From Okamejei kenojei (Eukaryota): a stretch of 64,000 bases of DNA. The stretch's first letter is position 1; the number at the start of each line of letters is the position of its first letter. The stretch covers positions 558,001 to 622,000 of the forward strand of contig CM069166.1 of NCBI GenBank assembly GCA_035221665.1, given 5' to 3'. The notes under the pieces are model-generated. The model saw only the letters and a list, made by a program, of their open reading frames with translations, ran no database searches and had not been told where the DNA came from. A program made the translations under genes and the position numbers. Below, one piece after another: positions 23,894 to 36,100 of this stretch.

Positions 23894-25098
23894 TTCATAA
23901 ATGTTATACCTTAGTAATGATGCTCACTTTATCTTCAGCAGTTGGCTTTAGCGCCCCCTTACATGTGTTTGTAAATGGGGAGCAGCGCTGGATATACACT
24001 TCCATTTGTTCTTAGCCCTGTCACGTTGGTCAACATTGCTGTCAGATCTGCAGACTGCTAGGGAATCATGCATCACATTGTTCATCAGGAAGGTAAAATT
24101 GGGTTCAATTAGTTGGTCAGCAGGCTGAAGAAGGATCTGGACCCAAAACATCAAATATATCTGCTTGTGCCAAGAAGTTTAAAAAAAAATCTGTTTATTT
24201 CACAAAATCATTGAGTGAACCTTATTCCTTTGTCTTTTTTTTTTAGTTCTAATGTGTGAATTCTAAGGGCAAATTTCTGTAATGTGGGGGTTTCCTCAAT
24301 AGCGGTTGTGTAATTTTTTAGGAGATAAACATTTGTCCATTGTCCTGCTAGCTTTATGGTAAATGGTCTTATTTTCAGGGGTGAGATTCTACTTTCCCCA
24401 CATCTTCCACTGGTTTGGTAAATCAACAATACTGACCCCTCTGGAAAATGGTGTGACCTGGGACAAGAATAGGTCTTTACAGTGCATTCGTATGTAGAAC
24501 CGGTTTGGAAGGAGAACCTGATATTTCGGTGCCTTTGCAAGGAGAACCTGATATTTGAGAATTTTCAAAAGGCTTTGATAACTTAGTCTTAGATTTCTCT
24601 AGTTTTGATGCAAGTATTTTTCATAACAGAATAAGAATAATCAGAATACGCTTTGGTCTTTACAAATTGAACAGCTTCACAGCTGACTGGTTTGATGTAT
24701 GCATCTCAACCTGTAAGCATGTTCGGGGAGAAGTTTAATAATGGCAGCTTATTTGATTGTTTTACCCGAGTATGTCGCTGCTGTTAGACACATTATTCAG
24801 GAAGCTTGTAGTTTTGCAAGTTGCAGTCCGCCTCTCCTCTGACTCAGCCCTCTGCTGGTGAGTTATTGATGAGCTATGCGACTGGCGAAATGGCTATGAG
24901 TTACATTTGCCTCGTGTTCCACCAGCTTTGAACTAAGCCAGTTACACAGCTGCAGATTCTCTCGTGAAGAAATGAGCATTGTATATTTTTACGTTTCGAT
25001 TTCGTAAATGTTTCAGTAACCTACAAAGCTTCCTCTTACTTGAGACTAGTTCTTGCTGGCTTCTCTACTAGCCCGGACTTATACTCTTTAGCTGATTT

Positions 25099-25132
25099 AG
25101 TCTGAAGAAGGGTCACGACCCGAAACGTCGCC
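25099..25132 (+). ncRNA. Minimal type I hammerhead ribozyme motif
   Basis: CTGAAGA(25102-25108) A GGGT-CACG-ACCC GAAAC GTC(25127-25129). Confidence 0.7.
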
Positions 25133-26572
25133 TATTCCATCTCTCCATAGATGCTGCCTCACCCGCTGAGTTTCTCCATAGTTCTGTACTGTATCAGGGC
25201 AAACCCTTGTATTGTGTCCACTTGACTCAACATTGAATAAAGCATGGTCATTTATCCAGACAGTTCCTCATGGAATTAAGCTTCACTGAGATTGATCATT
25301 CGTTGTCTACACTCTGTCTGAATAAGAGAGGGCATATTACAATGATGTGTCTGTAAAAGATAACTTTAATAGTTTGTAACTTGTTAATGTTAAACTTGTA
25401 TGTGCAATTCTCTGCACTTGGTAACCTGTTATCTTTACAGAATACTGTTTTTTAAAACTGCAGACTACAGCCGCATAACCACTAAGTTTTGTGCATGTTG
25501 CACTTGGAGTGAAGTGTGGCCTGCAGTCGTCGGTCAGCACTGAACCACAAGAGTTAACAGTCGGGCAGTTTTCAAGATCATTTTTATTCAGCAGATTAAC
25601 ACAGCAGTATTGCACCTATTTGTCCTTGTGGCTTCAGGATTGCTCATTCAGGGGCACAGACCTAAAGTGTAGCTTTTGTTGTGTGCACATTGATTTGTAA
25701 ATCCCATGGCCAAGATGGGAAGATGCCCCCACTGCAAGAACTCTAAGATGGGAAGATGCCCCCACTTCAAGAATTCTTTGTATTAGACTGGGTTGGATAC
25801 TCAAGACTGCAGACAGTGGAATCCAGGTGAAAGTGTTCTCTACACTAAATGTTGACTGTCCATTTCCCTCCATAGATGCTGCCTGATTGAATTGCCCTGT
25901 TTTTGATTATAATTTCAATTGCAGTAGGACTTTCAACTTGAAAGGAATTGACTGTCCAAGTGGTCAAGTGTACTGAATGTATTCTACCATATTGGGTTTC
26001 CATAGCTACGCCTTTTATCTGGCGAGTGGAATTGAAGGAGGTTCTATGTAAGAGCAGGTTCAAGAGAGTCTGGAGTGGAACTGGTTTGTCCTCTACCCCT
26101 TCTGATGTGGATAGACTCTCACTACATCAGGTCTGAAAGCACTTTGCTAACATTCTCTTCCACCTGATCAGTAATGTTATGCATTGTGCTCAGACTGTAC
26201 TATGGAGCTGCCATTGTCCAACTTATTAATAATTTGTTTGTAGTCCATAGATGCCCAGTGCCTCCATTTCTGTTTGTGCTTTCACTTGTTTGGCTAGTTT
26301 TATTTTCAAGGATTAGTGTAGGATTGTATTAGTGATGTGTTGTGCAGCAGGAGCAGATGTATTCTAATTGTGGTACAAGACTGGATTCTGGAACAAACTG
26401 CATTTATGGTGGATGAGTAGAGCTCAAAGTCAAGAAGCATTATCTTCTAATTAACCATTCTTAAAGCTTAATTTAAAGAGATTGAGGTTGATTACTCCAC
26501 CAATCTCATGGTTGTGTTCAGCTCTAAAAGTCCCTCTCTTATGGCGCTGGATCATAACACAGCCTTCATACA

Positions 26573-26880
26573 TGTGACATGGTAGCAGAGATTGTAGCAG
26601 AGAATTGACAGTGGTTACTGCCTTACAGTGCCAGATCCTAGGTGTTGTCTGTACAGAGTTTGTATGAACTCCCTATAACCCTGTGGGTTTTCTCCAGGTT
26701 CCCTGGGTTTCCTACCATATTCCAAAGTGCAGGTTTAAGTTAATTGGCTTTTGTAAATTGGCCCTAGTGTGTAGATGAGAAACCAGGAAACATGGAACTA
26801 GTGTATGGGTGATTGTTGATTGGCACTGCCTTGGTGGGCCAAAGGGCCTGTTTCCACACCATCACTAAACTAAACTAAAG
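26573..26880 (+). mobile_element. HE1-like V-SINE
   Basis: Same core and tail as 18346-18632; (CTAAA)n end. Confidence 0.8.
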
Positions 26881-28449
26881 AGAAGCCTTCTATCATTCCA
26901 AAATACCAAATATTGGAAGGACTCTAAAAAGCAAAGCAATTACATGAATCCTTCCACTTCCAGTGTCATGTACGTAACAAGAACAGGTAGCATGGAGATG
27001 GTTTAGGCCTGTATTTGTAACTAGTATCATATTGCATTTTGTCCTTGTTTGTGCAGCTGGGAATTTCTTTCTGTGGAGTTCTTGGAACAGGGAATCGTGT
27101 CACAAATAAAAAGTGAACTATTTAGAATCTTTCTTGGTAAATATTGATGAATTAAGTTGTAATATTCAGTTTCACGATTAACTTTAATCTACTTTTATGT
27201 CCACTGATTGTGCTTGTATTGCTGGGTTGTAGTGGTATAAGAAATTAGCAGGAATGTCAGCAAAGGGAAAATATCCATTCTGTATTTGTACAAATGGCTG
27301 TTTAAATATACAGTAGTCGAGGTTAAACTTCTAATGCAAGTCTGCCGGGCATGTTTATTACTAACAAGCATTCACTGGTGGAAAGTGGAGTAGGTTCAAG
27401 AAGTTGAAAAGATTAGCTGTTGCCTTTTACACTTGCTCATTGGTAAAACTAAGTGAATGTTCCAGAGACAAATGTCTACAAAATTAGGATGCAAGTTTAA
27501 GTCATGTCAATGAAGCTGGATTAACTCAGCAGGACAGGCAGCATCTCTGGAGAGAAGGAATGGATGACGTTTTGGGTCGAGACCCATCTTCAGACCCATT
27601 CCTTCTCTCCAGAGATGCTCCCTGTCCTGCTGAGTTACTCCAACTTTTTAATGTCCATTTTCAATTTAAACCAGCATCTGCAGTTCCTTCCTACACAATG
27701 TGCCATACAATCCTGCAATCTACAATAGTTGTTGGAGAAATGTTCCTGCTTATTGGATGGTTTTAAGTAGTTGGTTATGTTTTGCAGACTTTCTAATTTG
27801 TTTCAAATTGTTGAATTTCCTCAATTAGAATATAGAAATCCCCAACTAAAATTTGTAGTAGTGCCATTATTTTAAGAAATTTTAAAGACTAAATCCCAAC
27901 AGACGTCAAATATACCGTATTGCCACACCAAAAGTACTTAAAATTGAGCTTCAGTTCCTCATTGTGGATTGTATTGATGCAATGTATTGTAGTGTTTAAT
28001 TGCCATAAATAACTGCAATTAAATTCCTTTGTCCTGCAGTTTAACAGTCCCATTAACATACTAACATGGATAAATATATAGTAATCAACAATCCATTATT
28101 TAATAATCATAATACTGTGTAACCATAATGGTGCAAAACCCATCTGTAGTGCAACCAAAGGCAGTCCAAAGCTGGAGTAACTCAGTGGGTCAGACGGTAT
28201 TGCTGGAGAAGTCTGAAGAAGGGTCTCGACACGAAACCTCACCTATTCCTTTTCTCCAGAGGTGCTGCCTGGTCCGCTGAGGTACTACAGCTTTTTATCG
28301 ACCCAAGGTGATCATAGTTGGAGGTAGTGGTTAGTGTTGTGAATTGTTTAAGAACTCAATAGTTGCCGAGAAGCTGTTCTTGAAGCTGATAATCACAGTT
28401 GCATGTATGCCACTTGTTCTCTATTTATTTTCTGACAGTTGTCAACCAA

Positions 28450-28860
28450 TGTGTATTTCAATCATTTGTCCCATTAGATTTGCTGTACCAATACTCTAAC
28501 ATCTATGGGTCAGCATATTACAACCTCGTCTGGTAACTTGAAAGCCTAAGAAAAAGGCTGCAGCAAGTAGTGGATACTCCCTGGTCTATCACAGGTAATT
28601 ACCTCCCCACCATTGAAAGGATCTGTAGGAAAGGCAGCTAATATCAAAGGCCATATCTCTCTTGCTGCAACTGTTGAGAATAAGATACAGAACTGACGCC
28701 AGGTTCAAGAACAGCTGCTTCCATCAGACGCTTGCCTCCACCACCTCCACAATTTATTGTATTGATGTCTATTTGTATTGATTAATATGCCTGTTGAGAT
28801 GCAGCCAGTAAGAATGTCCTTTTTTGCCAATGTACATGACAGTCGAATACTCTTGTCCAT
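28450..28860 (+). mobile_element. Highly decayed Rex1/Babar-like LINE 3' fragment
   Basis: Loosely collinear with 21022-21500 (ctgcagcaagtagtgga, ctccccaccattga, caggttcaagaacagct). Confidence 0.5.
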
Positions 28861-31664
28861 CTTTCCTATTTCTGCATTCTTTAACTGGCTAGCATTGCCA
28901 GATACTCTGCCAGTAAAGAGATGTTGAGATGCTGCTCTTCACTTGACCCAAGTCTAGGAAGCATTACTGAATGTTTCCCTTTATTTAATAATAATAATAT
29001 TAGCAGGGACCCAAGTGACCAATATCATGACCACTACAAGTTCCCTCCATCAAATGTTCTGACTGAAGTGGAGACTGGAGTCAGGGTTGTAAAATCCTAA
29101 ACACATTAACTTAACACCCACATGAAAATGGAGCAATAGGATTGCACTGTTTATTTAGCTGGGTCTACTTCGGATGATATTTTTTAATTGTTTATGAAGA
29201 GCTTGGTGGGTCTGGTGGTCCTGTTGTGTTGCAATTACCTACATGCTTTGACAACAAGTGTTTAGATTTGGCACCGATCAGCTTTAACGGCTGCAGAACT
29301 GTCCGTTTTACAAGTCGCAGCACCTGGGTCATTTTGTAAATGTGATAGGTTCCTTTTTGAGTGGGTGAGTTTAGATATTGTTCCCTCATTTCTCCTGGGC
29401 TGCATGACTGGATGTCACTGATGGATTGGTTGTGTGTGGAGCTCTCTTTGGGTGGTCTAAAGCTGGCAAAACCTGTCAGCAATCCATGGGTAGCAAGGAA
29501 AATAACTCCAACATGGATAATGCCTTCAAACCAAATATTTGCAAAGAGGGAGCTCTGAGGCAAGGTGTGCATTTTAAATCCCAGTTTCTGGTGTTGGTTA
29601 ATTTTAGTGCAGTGGAGATTCTGGCATGCTTTGATGTTTGTTATTAATTCATACAAACATAATGGGGGTGGAAAGAAATGACGTGCTCTCGTTGGAGGTA
29701 ACAATATTGATGGTTGCTTGCATGGGCCTGACACTGCACGAACTGGAGGATTTTAAATGGAATTGGCTGAAGGTTTTTGTGTCCTTGTTTGTGTTAACAG
29801 ATGCACAACAATGGCACTGTTTTGACACAGACATTAATTGTCTTTATTACATTCACAATGTGGAAGACTGATGGAAATCATTGCTCTTCTTCCAAAATAT
29901 TTCTTTACCTTAGATACAGCTGCACCAGTCGATGGTGAACTCATGCTTAGAGTACTTGGCAATTCTGGTTGCCCGGCTATGGAGAATGTCATTAAGTTGG
30001 AAAGGGTGCAGGGGAATTTGCCAGAATAGCCCTGGGACATTGAAGCTTGAGTTACAGGGTGAATATGCAGCCACTGGAGCACCCAGAGAAAGCCCATGTG
30101 GTCATGGGGAGAGTGTACAAACTCCATGTAGACAGGATTGACCCTGTGTCTCTGGCACCATGAGGCAGCAACTCTGCTACTGCTCCACTGTGCCTCCCCT
30201 AATTAAATACCTGATTAAATTTTAACAGTCTTTTCTCGTTAGTGTACAATATCCATGTTTTGTTTTTATCTAATTCTGGATGGTTTCCTGCATTTGTATA
30301 ACACAAATTTAGAGATCCACAAAATTGCATCAACGATAAATCTTGTATACTTGGTGATTAGATTGAAGAGAAAGCTTTGCTGTTCACTGCACAGTGGCAT
30401 GTGTTTGGAATTAGAACGTTCCTGTCAGCTCTGTTGGCTCAGGCCACGCTGTCAGTCCCTGAGTTCCAACCCTGTGTTTAGCAGTGATGCAACAAATCTG
30501 TCTAGCTTTTGAACAAGCATGTATTCTACACCACACCTATTTCACTGTTGAGATGTCTTCCAGAATAACGGGCTATTGAAGTGAAGTTGCTGCTAGGTGA
30601 ATGAAAGCTAACGCTAATTGTTAGTGGAGATCTTTTGTCTTTTGTTGTGTTAGCTGGTGATTCTGGTTATTGTCCCTGCAGGCAACTGAACCGTCCTACC
30701 TCAACTAGGGATGCAGTCATGAACAACTATCTACCTCATTGTGAACCCTTGGACTATCTTTGATTGGACATTGCTGGCTTTACCTTGCTCTAAATGCCAT
30801 TCCCTTGTGTATCTATACACTGAGTGGCTGGATTGTAATCATGTGTTGTCTTTCCGCTGACTGGTTAGCACGCAACAAAAGCTTTTCACTGTACCTCGAT
30901 ACACATGACAATAAACTAAACTGTACCAACTGTACTAAACTGTGGAACTTGTTTTGTTCTTTCGAATTCTCGCTGCCATAATACAAGTGATCCATTATAA
31001 TGCTTTTAGTTTAAAAATAAAGGCTGCCTTTCCTCACCAAGCACATTCAAGGCAGACTGTGGCTGTCCTGATTATGCATCATTTCTCATTGACACCTTGT
31101 ACTGCTGGTATTGTTGCAAATTTTATTCTAAAGTCGCTGCATGATGGGACTCTCCATGTTGAACATACACAGGCCTTGCTCTGTGTTACATGCTATGTAA
31201 ACTAATTACTGCCTTTAATCTTGAAGCTGTTAAAAAAAAACTTGATTTCTGGCTTCCATAGTACTTTGTAATTGTAGTAATAGTTTCCATAGTAACCATA
31301 AAATGAACCCTCATAGCCTAGTTTGTTTGCTAACTTCCCTTCCTGCATATTCTTCTGTTCTTCCACAAAGCTCAGGAGTTCAAACATAGACATGTTGTGT
31401 AATTGGAGTAGATATCCTTTGCTAGCATGATTTTTGAATTTATTCAGCAAATAATCAGTTCAAGTAAATGCTAACTTAGACAATTGAACTGCAGAGTACA
31501 GTTTTATTACACATTTTAGAACATTTGGACTTTGGGTTTGAGATCATCCCTTGGATTTCCTGCTGTCCCTGTTTTAGTATTGTTGTCTCACTTTTCACAA
31601 CACAGATGCCGGAGATATTTGCAAACACAGCACTTATAGAAGAGGGTTTTTGACAAGATCATTT

Positions 31665-31766
31665 AAGTCTGAAGAAGGGTCTCAACCCAAAATGTCACCC
31701 GTTCCTTCTCTCCAGAGATGCTGCCTGTCCCGCTGAGTTACTCCAGCTTTTTGTGTCTATCTTCAG
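31665..31766 (+). mobile_element. Short Penelope-like repeat, hammerhead core mutated (GAAAC to AAAAT)
   Basis: 8-bp direct repeat TTAAGTCT at 31663-31670 and 31767-31774. Confidence 0.75.
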
Positions 31767-31839
31767 TTAAGTCTTGTCAGTTTCATGACCGTAGTCTTTA
31801 CTGATATCACAATACCGAGGATGCCAGTTCTGAGATTTA

Positions 31840-32140
31840 GGGCAACACTGTGGCGCAGCGGTGGAGTTGCTGCCCTACAGCACCAGAGTCCCAGATTCGA
31901 TCTTGACCATGAGTGCTGTCAGCACGGAGTTTGTACGTTCTCCCTGTGACAGCGTGGGTTTTTACCTGGTGCTCCAGTTTCCTCCCACACTCCAAAGACA
32001 TACAGGTTTGTAGAATAATGGTATGATTTGTAAATTATCCCTAGTGTGTAGGATGGTGCTAGTGTATAGGGTGATTGCTGGTCAGCATGGGCTTGGTGGG
32101 GAGAAAGGCATGTTTCTGTACTATAACACCAAACTAAACT
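31840..32140 (+). mobile_element. HE1-like V-SINE
   Basis: A-box tggcgcagcgg, B-box-like gattcgatc, V-core, aaactaaact tail. Confidence 0.85.
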
Positions 32141-32984
32141 GAGAAAACAATGTTATGCAGTAGATCTACACACACAAAGTACGTAAGTTTAGGTTTTGTA
32201 TCCATTCCACCAGTGAGTATCTGCATGAAGAGTATCTGTGAACTGGGCTGTTGATACTCCCAGTTTAATTCCTACATTTAAAAAAAAGTAGGATATTCTT
32301 AATCTTTTGAATTATAAGTAACATTACTGCGCTCTCTGCATTTTGGGGCATCATGACTGAACATTGCAGAATGTGTGCAGATGTCATGACTATTTACATG
32401 TTGGGGGTGGATTGAGTTGATACTGAATGGTGGTGTTATTGATTCGGAATTACATGAGACTTACGAACATTATTGCTGCAGATGATTATACGTTATCTAC
32501 TATGCATTTTACCCCAAAGAATAAATTGGCCAGTTTAGTGGGTACAATAGGCAACACACCATGGCCTAAAAAGATAGAACTATCAAAAAAAGCACAGTGA
32601 CATCTCGAGTAATGTGCAAGGTGTCTGGAGTCTTTGCCAGGCTTTGCATAACTATACTAAGCTCTAGGTGTTTTTATGTGGATGGGGCTGTGGAGGACAA
32701 TAGAAGCAGGAAAATGTTGCATGCTTGTGCGAAGGATAATGTTTCACAGCATGTGTTCCCTGTAGCTGGGAGTGCGATTCAGATGGAGATGTGTACGTAT
32801 GAGGTTTCAGTTGGAGGCCCCTGTGTTCATCACTGTTGTGATAACTGTATTAAATGCGTAGCCATATGGAGACAGAATTAGCATTTTGGAAGGTCATCAG
32901 CTGATTCCTTGGTTTGCTGTTTTAACAGGGAGCTAGGAGGAAATTTCAAGCCAGCCAGATGGAGAGAGCTTTGAAACGCCTTCC

Positions 32985-33150
32985 ATACCTCTTCCTCCCC
33001 GCCCCCTCACCCCTCCCTCTATCGTCATCCCCCTCCCCTCCCTACCTCATCCCTCTCTCCTCTCCCTACCTCACCCCGCCCCATCTCCCTACCTCACCCT
33101 CCCCTCCCTACTTAATCCCCCTCCCCTCCATACCTCATCACCCCCCTCCT
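32985..33150. repeat. Pyrimidine-rich low-complexity tandem repeat (ctccctacctcatcccc-like)
   Basis: Direct. Confidence 0.85.
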
Positions 33151-36100
33151 GATTTAGCGTACATATAATCCCAGTTTTGAGTATTTTTTTAATACAATGG
33201 CTTTATTGATTGGGATGAGCATAATTAAAATGTCATAGCTAAAATAGCAAAACGGTTTCCTTTAGCTGTTTGTTCAAGAACACGTTTTTATTTAAACCCT
33301 GCAGTTCTCGGTATAACGAGTGTTCTGCTGGAGGCAAGAGCATTTGGAATTAATTTTTGAAGGTCATCGTTATGTTTGACCATCTCTCATGGTTTTGGCC
33401 GGACTGTAGAAATAACACATTAATTCTGAATTTGTAGTATGGGATTGGTGAATTTATAAGGAAACTGTAGTCCATGTTTCAGGGAAAATGTATTTGGAGA
33501 ACAAAGGCTTTAGTATAATTGTGCAAGAATCATGCAGCACAAACAGATTCTTCAGCCCAGTGTCCCCAGTGAGAAAGCATTAATTTACTTTCATCCCATT
33601 TTATTCTCAGTTCCCCTCACACTGAAGTCTGCAGCTCATCTCCACAATTGGGGCAATCTAATGGCCAATTAAACACAAGCCACACATATTTGGCAAGTGG
33701 AAGAAAACGAGGGGATCTGGAGAACACTCATTGTTGTAGTGCACACAAACTCCATTCATGGTCAAGGTTCAACCATATTGCAGAAGCCCCATATATCTCT
33801 AAATTAGATATGATTGTCACCTCTGTGGAGTTATTTGGTTGAAGGTTCAAGTGCAGTTAAGCTCTGCACTGCATATCTATTTTGAAAGTGAGGTTCTAAC
33901 CCGTGTTCTGACTGAAAACAACACTGCCTATCCATTCCATCCGCAGATGTTGTCTGATGTATGGAGTTTCTCCAGCATTTGCCATTTATTTTCTTCATAC
34001 AGAAACCAGCTATGTCTGGAGCTTCTGCTTCTTGATCTTGGACAGAAGGTAGAACCTATACACAGTGTGACCCAGCTGAAGAAGGGTCCCGACCTGATGC
34101 ATGGCTATCCGTGTTCTCCCGAGGTGCTGTTTGACCTGCTGAGTTACACTGCCACTGTCATCTTCTGAGATATTTGGGGAATTGAGATTGGATGCTATGG
34201 AGGAAAGATTTCCTAAGGGACAAGGCCTTGCAACGCAGGAGTCCATTCAAACAATCCAGCTAGTTCAGCCCTTTCCCCATAGTCTTGCAAATCCCCTCTT
34301 TGTCGATCTTTCACCATTGCTTCCAGATTCTAACCAATCATTTAAGTCAACAGTTGTATTTTTGCTGATGCTATTGACAAATCTGACAACGGAAACAATG
34401 TTGTTCAATGTGTTTTGACTTTTTCCTTTCAAGATTTTAAATAATTCCATCTGCAATCTGAGGTACCAAGGAGAAGACCAGCTTGTCTCTCTGCTGAACC
34501 ATACATCATCATCCATGAAATCCATTTGCTAAACTTCATCCTCAATGCTTTTGCATCCTGCCTAACGTATCAGGCTGGATGCACTTCTCTGGTTGATGCC
34601 TCCCCAGCCTTGTGTAGAGATAGAGCAAGAAGGCTCACGCTTTCCTTTGCTCTTATTAGCCACTTGCTCAGCCTCTCCAGTCAAGCATGTGTATCCCCAG
34701 ATTTTGTGTACTACATTTAGAAATGTGCCCTTTGGATTAGGATTGCTTTTCTTACCAAAATATAACAGTCCATTGCTCGGTGTTAAATTTCATCTGCATT
34801 CAGCCCAGTACTCAGCCAGCCTTCCTTTGAGGTTTGTTACTGTACTCAAGTTCTCTGCCTTGGTTATCATTTATCAGCAAGTTTTGACGTTATCCTCTGT
34901 GCACTTGAGTATACACCAATGTATTAATAATCACCTGCTGTACACTTTGGTTCCAAAAATAAGCTCCATGAATGAGAAGTTGATATGGGTTTATTAAAGA
35001 TCCCGCTGCCACACTTTATTTCAGTGGTTTTCTAGCTGTGGTACTCTTTATTCCATGGACTTCAATTAATGTTCTGGCACTTTTTCGAGCCACGTCCACA
35101 TTTATCAGCTGTCCCTGTTCCTTCAAAATTGCCTCCCAGTTAGATGTGGCTTCGCTTTATTAAACCTATTCTGACTTAATCTACATAGCAAATTCTGCTC
35201 CTGATTATTGTCCCAAGAAAGTTCACTGCCATGGACATTGAAACAATTTAGTACACATTTAGCATTTATCTGTACCTCTTTAAACAATGTGCAATTTTTC
35301 AGATCTTGGTTCTTGGCCCTGCATATCTAGCTTTAGATGTTGACCACGACCATGACAATATGCACTCCTGCTCCAGGAATGATGCAGGTGGTTTGTCTGC
35401 AGCCTTGCTTAGTCCCTTGTTTATCAATTTGCAGCCAGTTTAAAGCTTCAGTTTCTCTTCCTGTGGTTACACTTCAGAAACATCTTCTTCTGAAGACTGC
35501 AAAGTCCCATTTTTCTTGCTGCCAGTCTTTTGTCTTCTTTCCTTTCACCTGACGTTTGTGCAGTCAAGCTTGTTCTTACTTGTGTTAACATCCTGTATTC
35601 TCACTTTATTTGTTGCTGTTTTAACCACCACCATCATGGACCTGCCTGTCTCTCTTCTCTTCTCTCTCCTTTAACTAGCAAACACTCCATTTGATCTAAA
35701 AGTTGAGTTTGCAGAGGTGGCCTTTTAAAAATAACATCAAGTGACTATTCATAAGCAATCGTATGGAGACATTGGTAGTTAGCAGGACATCATTCCTATC
35801 TTCACATTCCTCTTCTGAGGCTATCAAACCAAATTGAAGCTTCTTGGCTGAAATCAGCAGCTCAACAGACCAGAGATGTGCCTTGTGATCTTTCTAACCC
35901 CTTGCCTAAACTCTCTCACTGGGTATTTCCTTTCTTGCCGATGGGTGGTTTGTATACAACGTATAGGGGTGTACAGTAATCTGCAATGTGGAAATTGAAG
36001 AAAACACTAAACCAATCATGACTAATTGAAATGTGACATTCTACTTGCTTACACCCATTAACTGACTGGAGTAAGAATTATTTTCCACCTTGAGCAACTA

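Noticed and set aside
25712-25777. 33-bp tandem duplication (also short duplications at ~24509-24556 and ~52950-52995)
   Set aside because: Two-copy local duplications with no sign of function.
29192-29734. 180-aa minus-strand ORF in intron 2
   Set aside because: No recognisable motif or splice context; consistent with chance.
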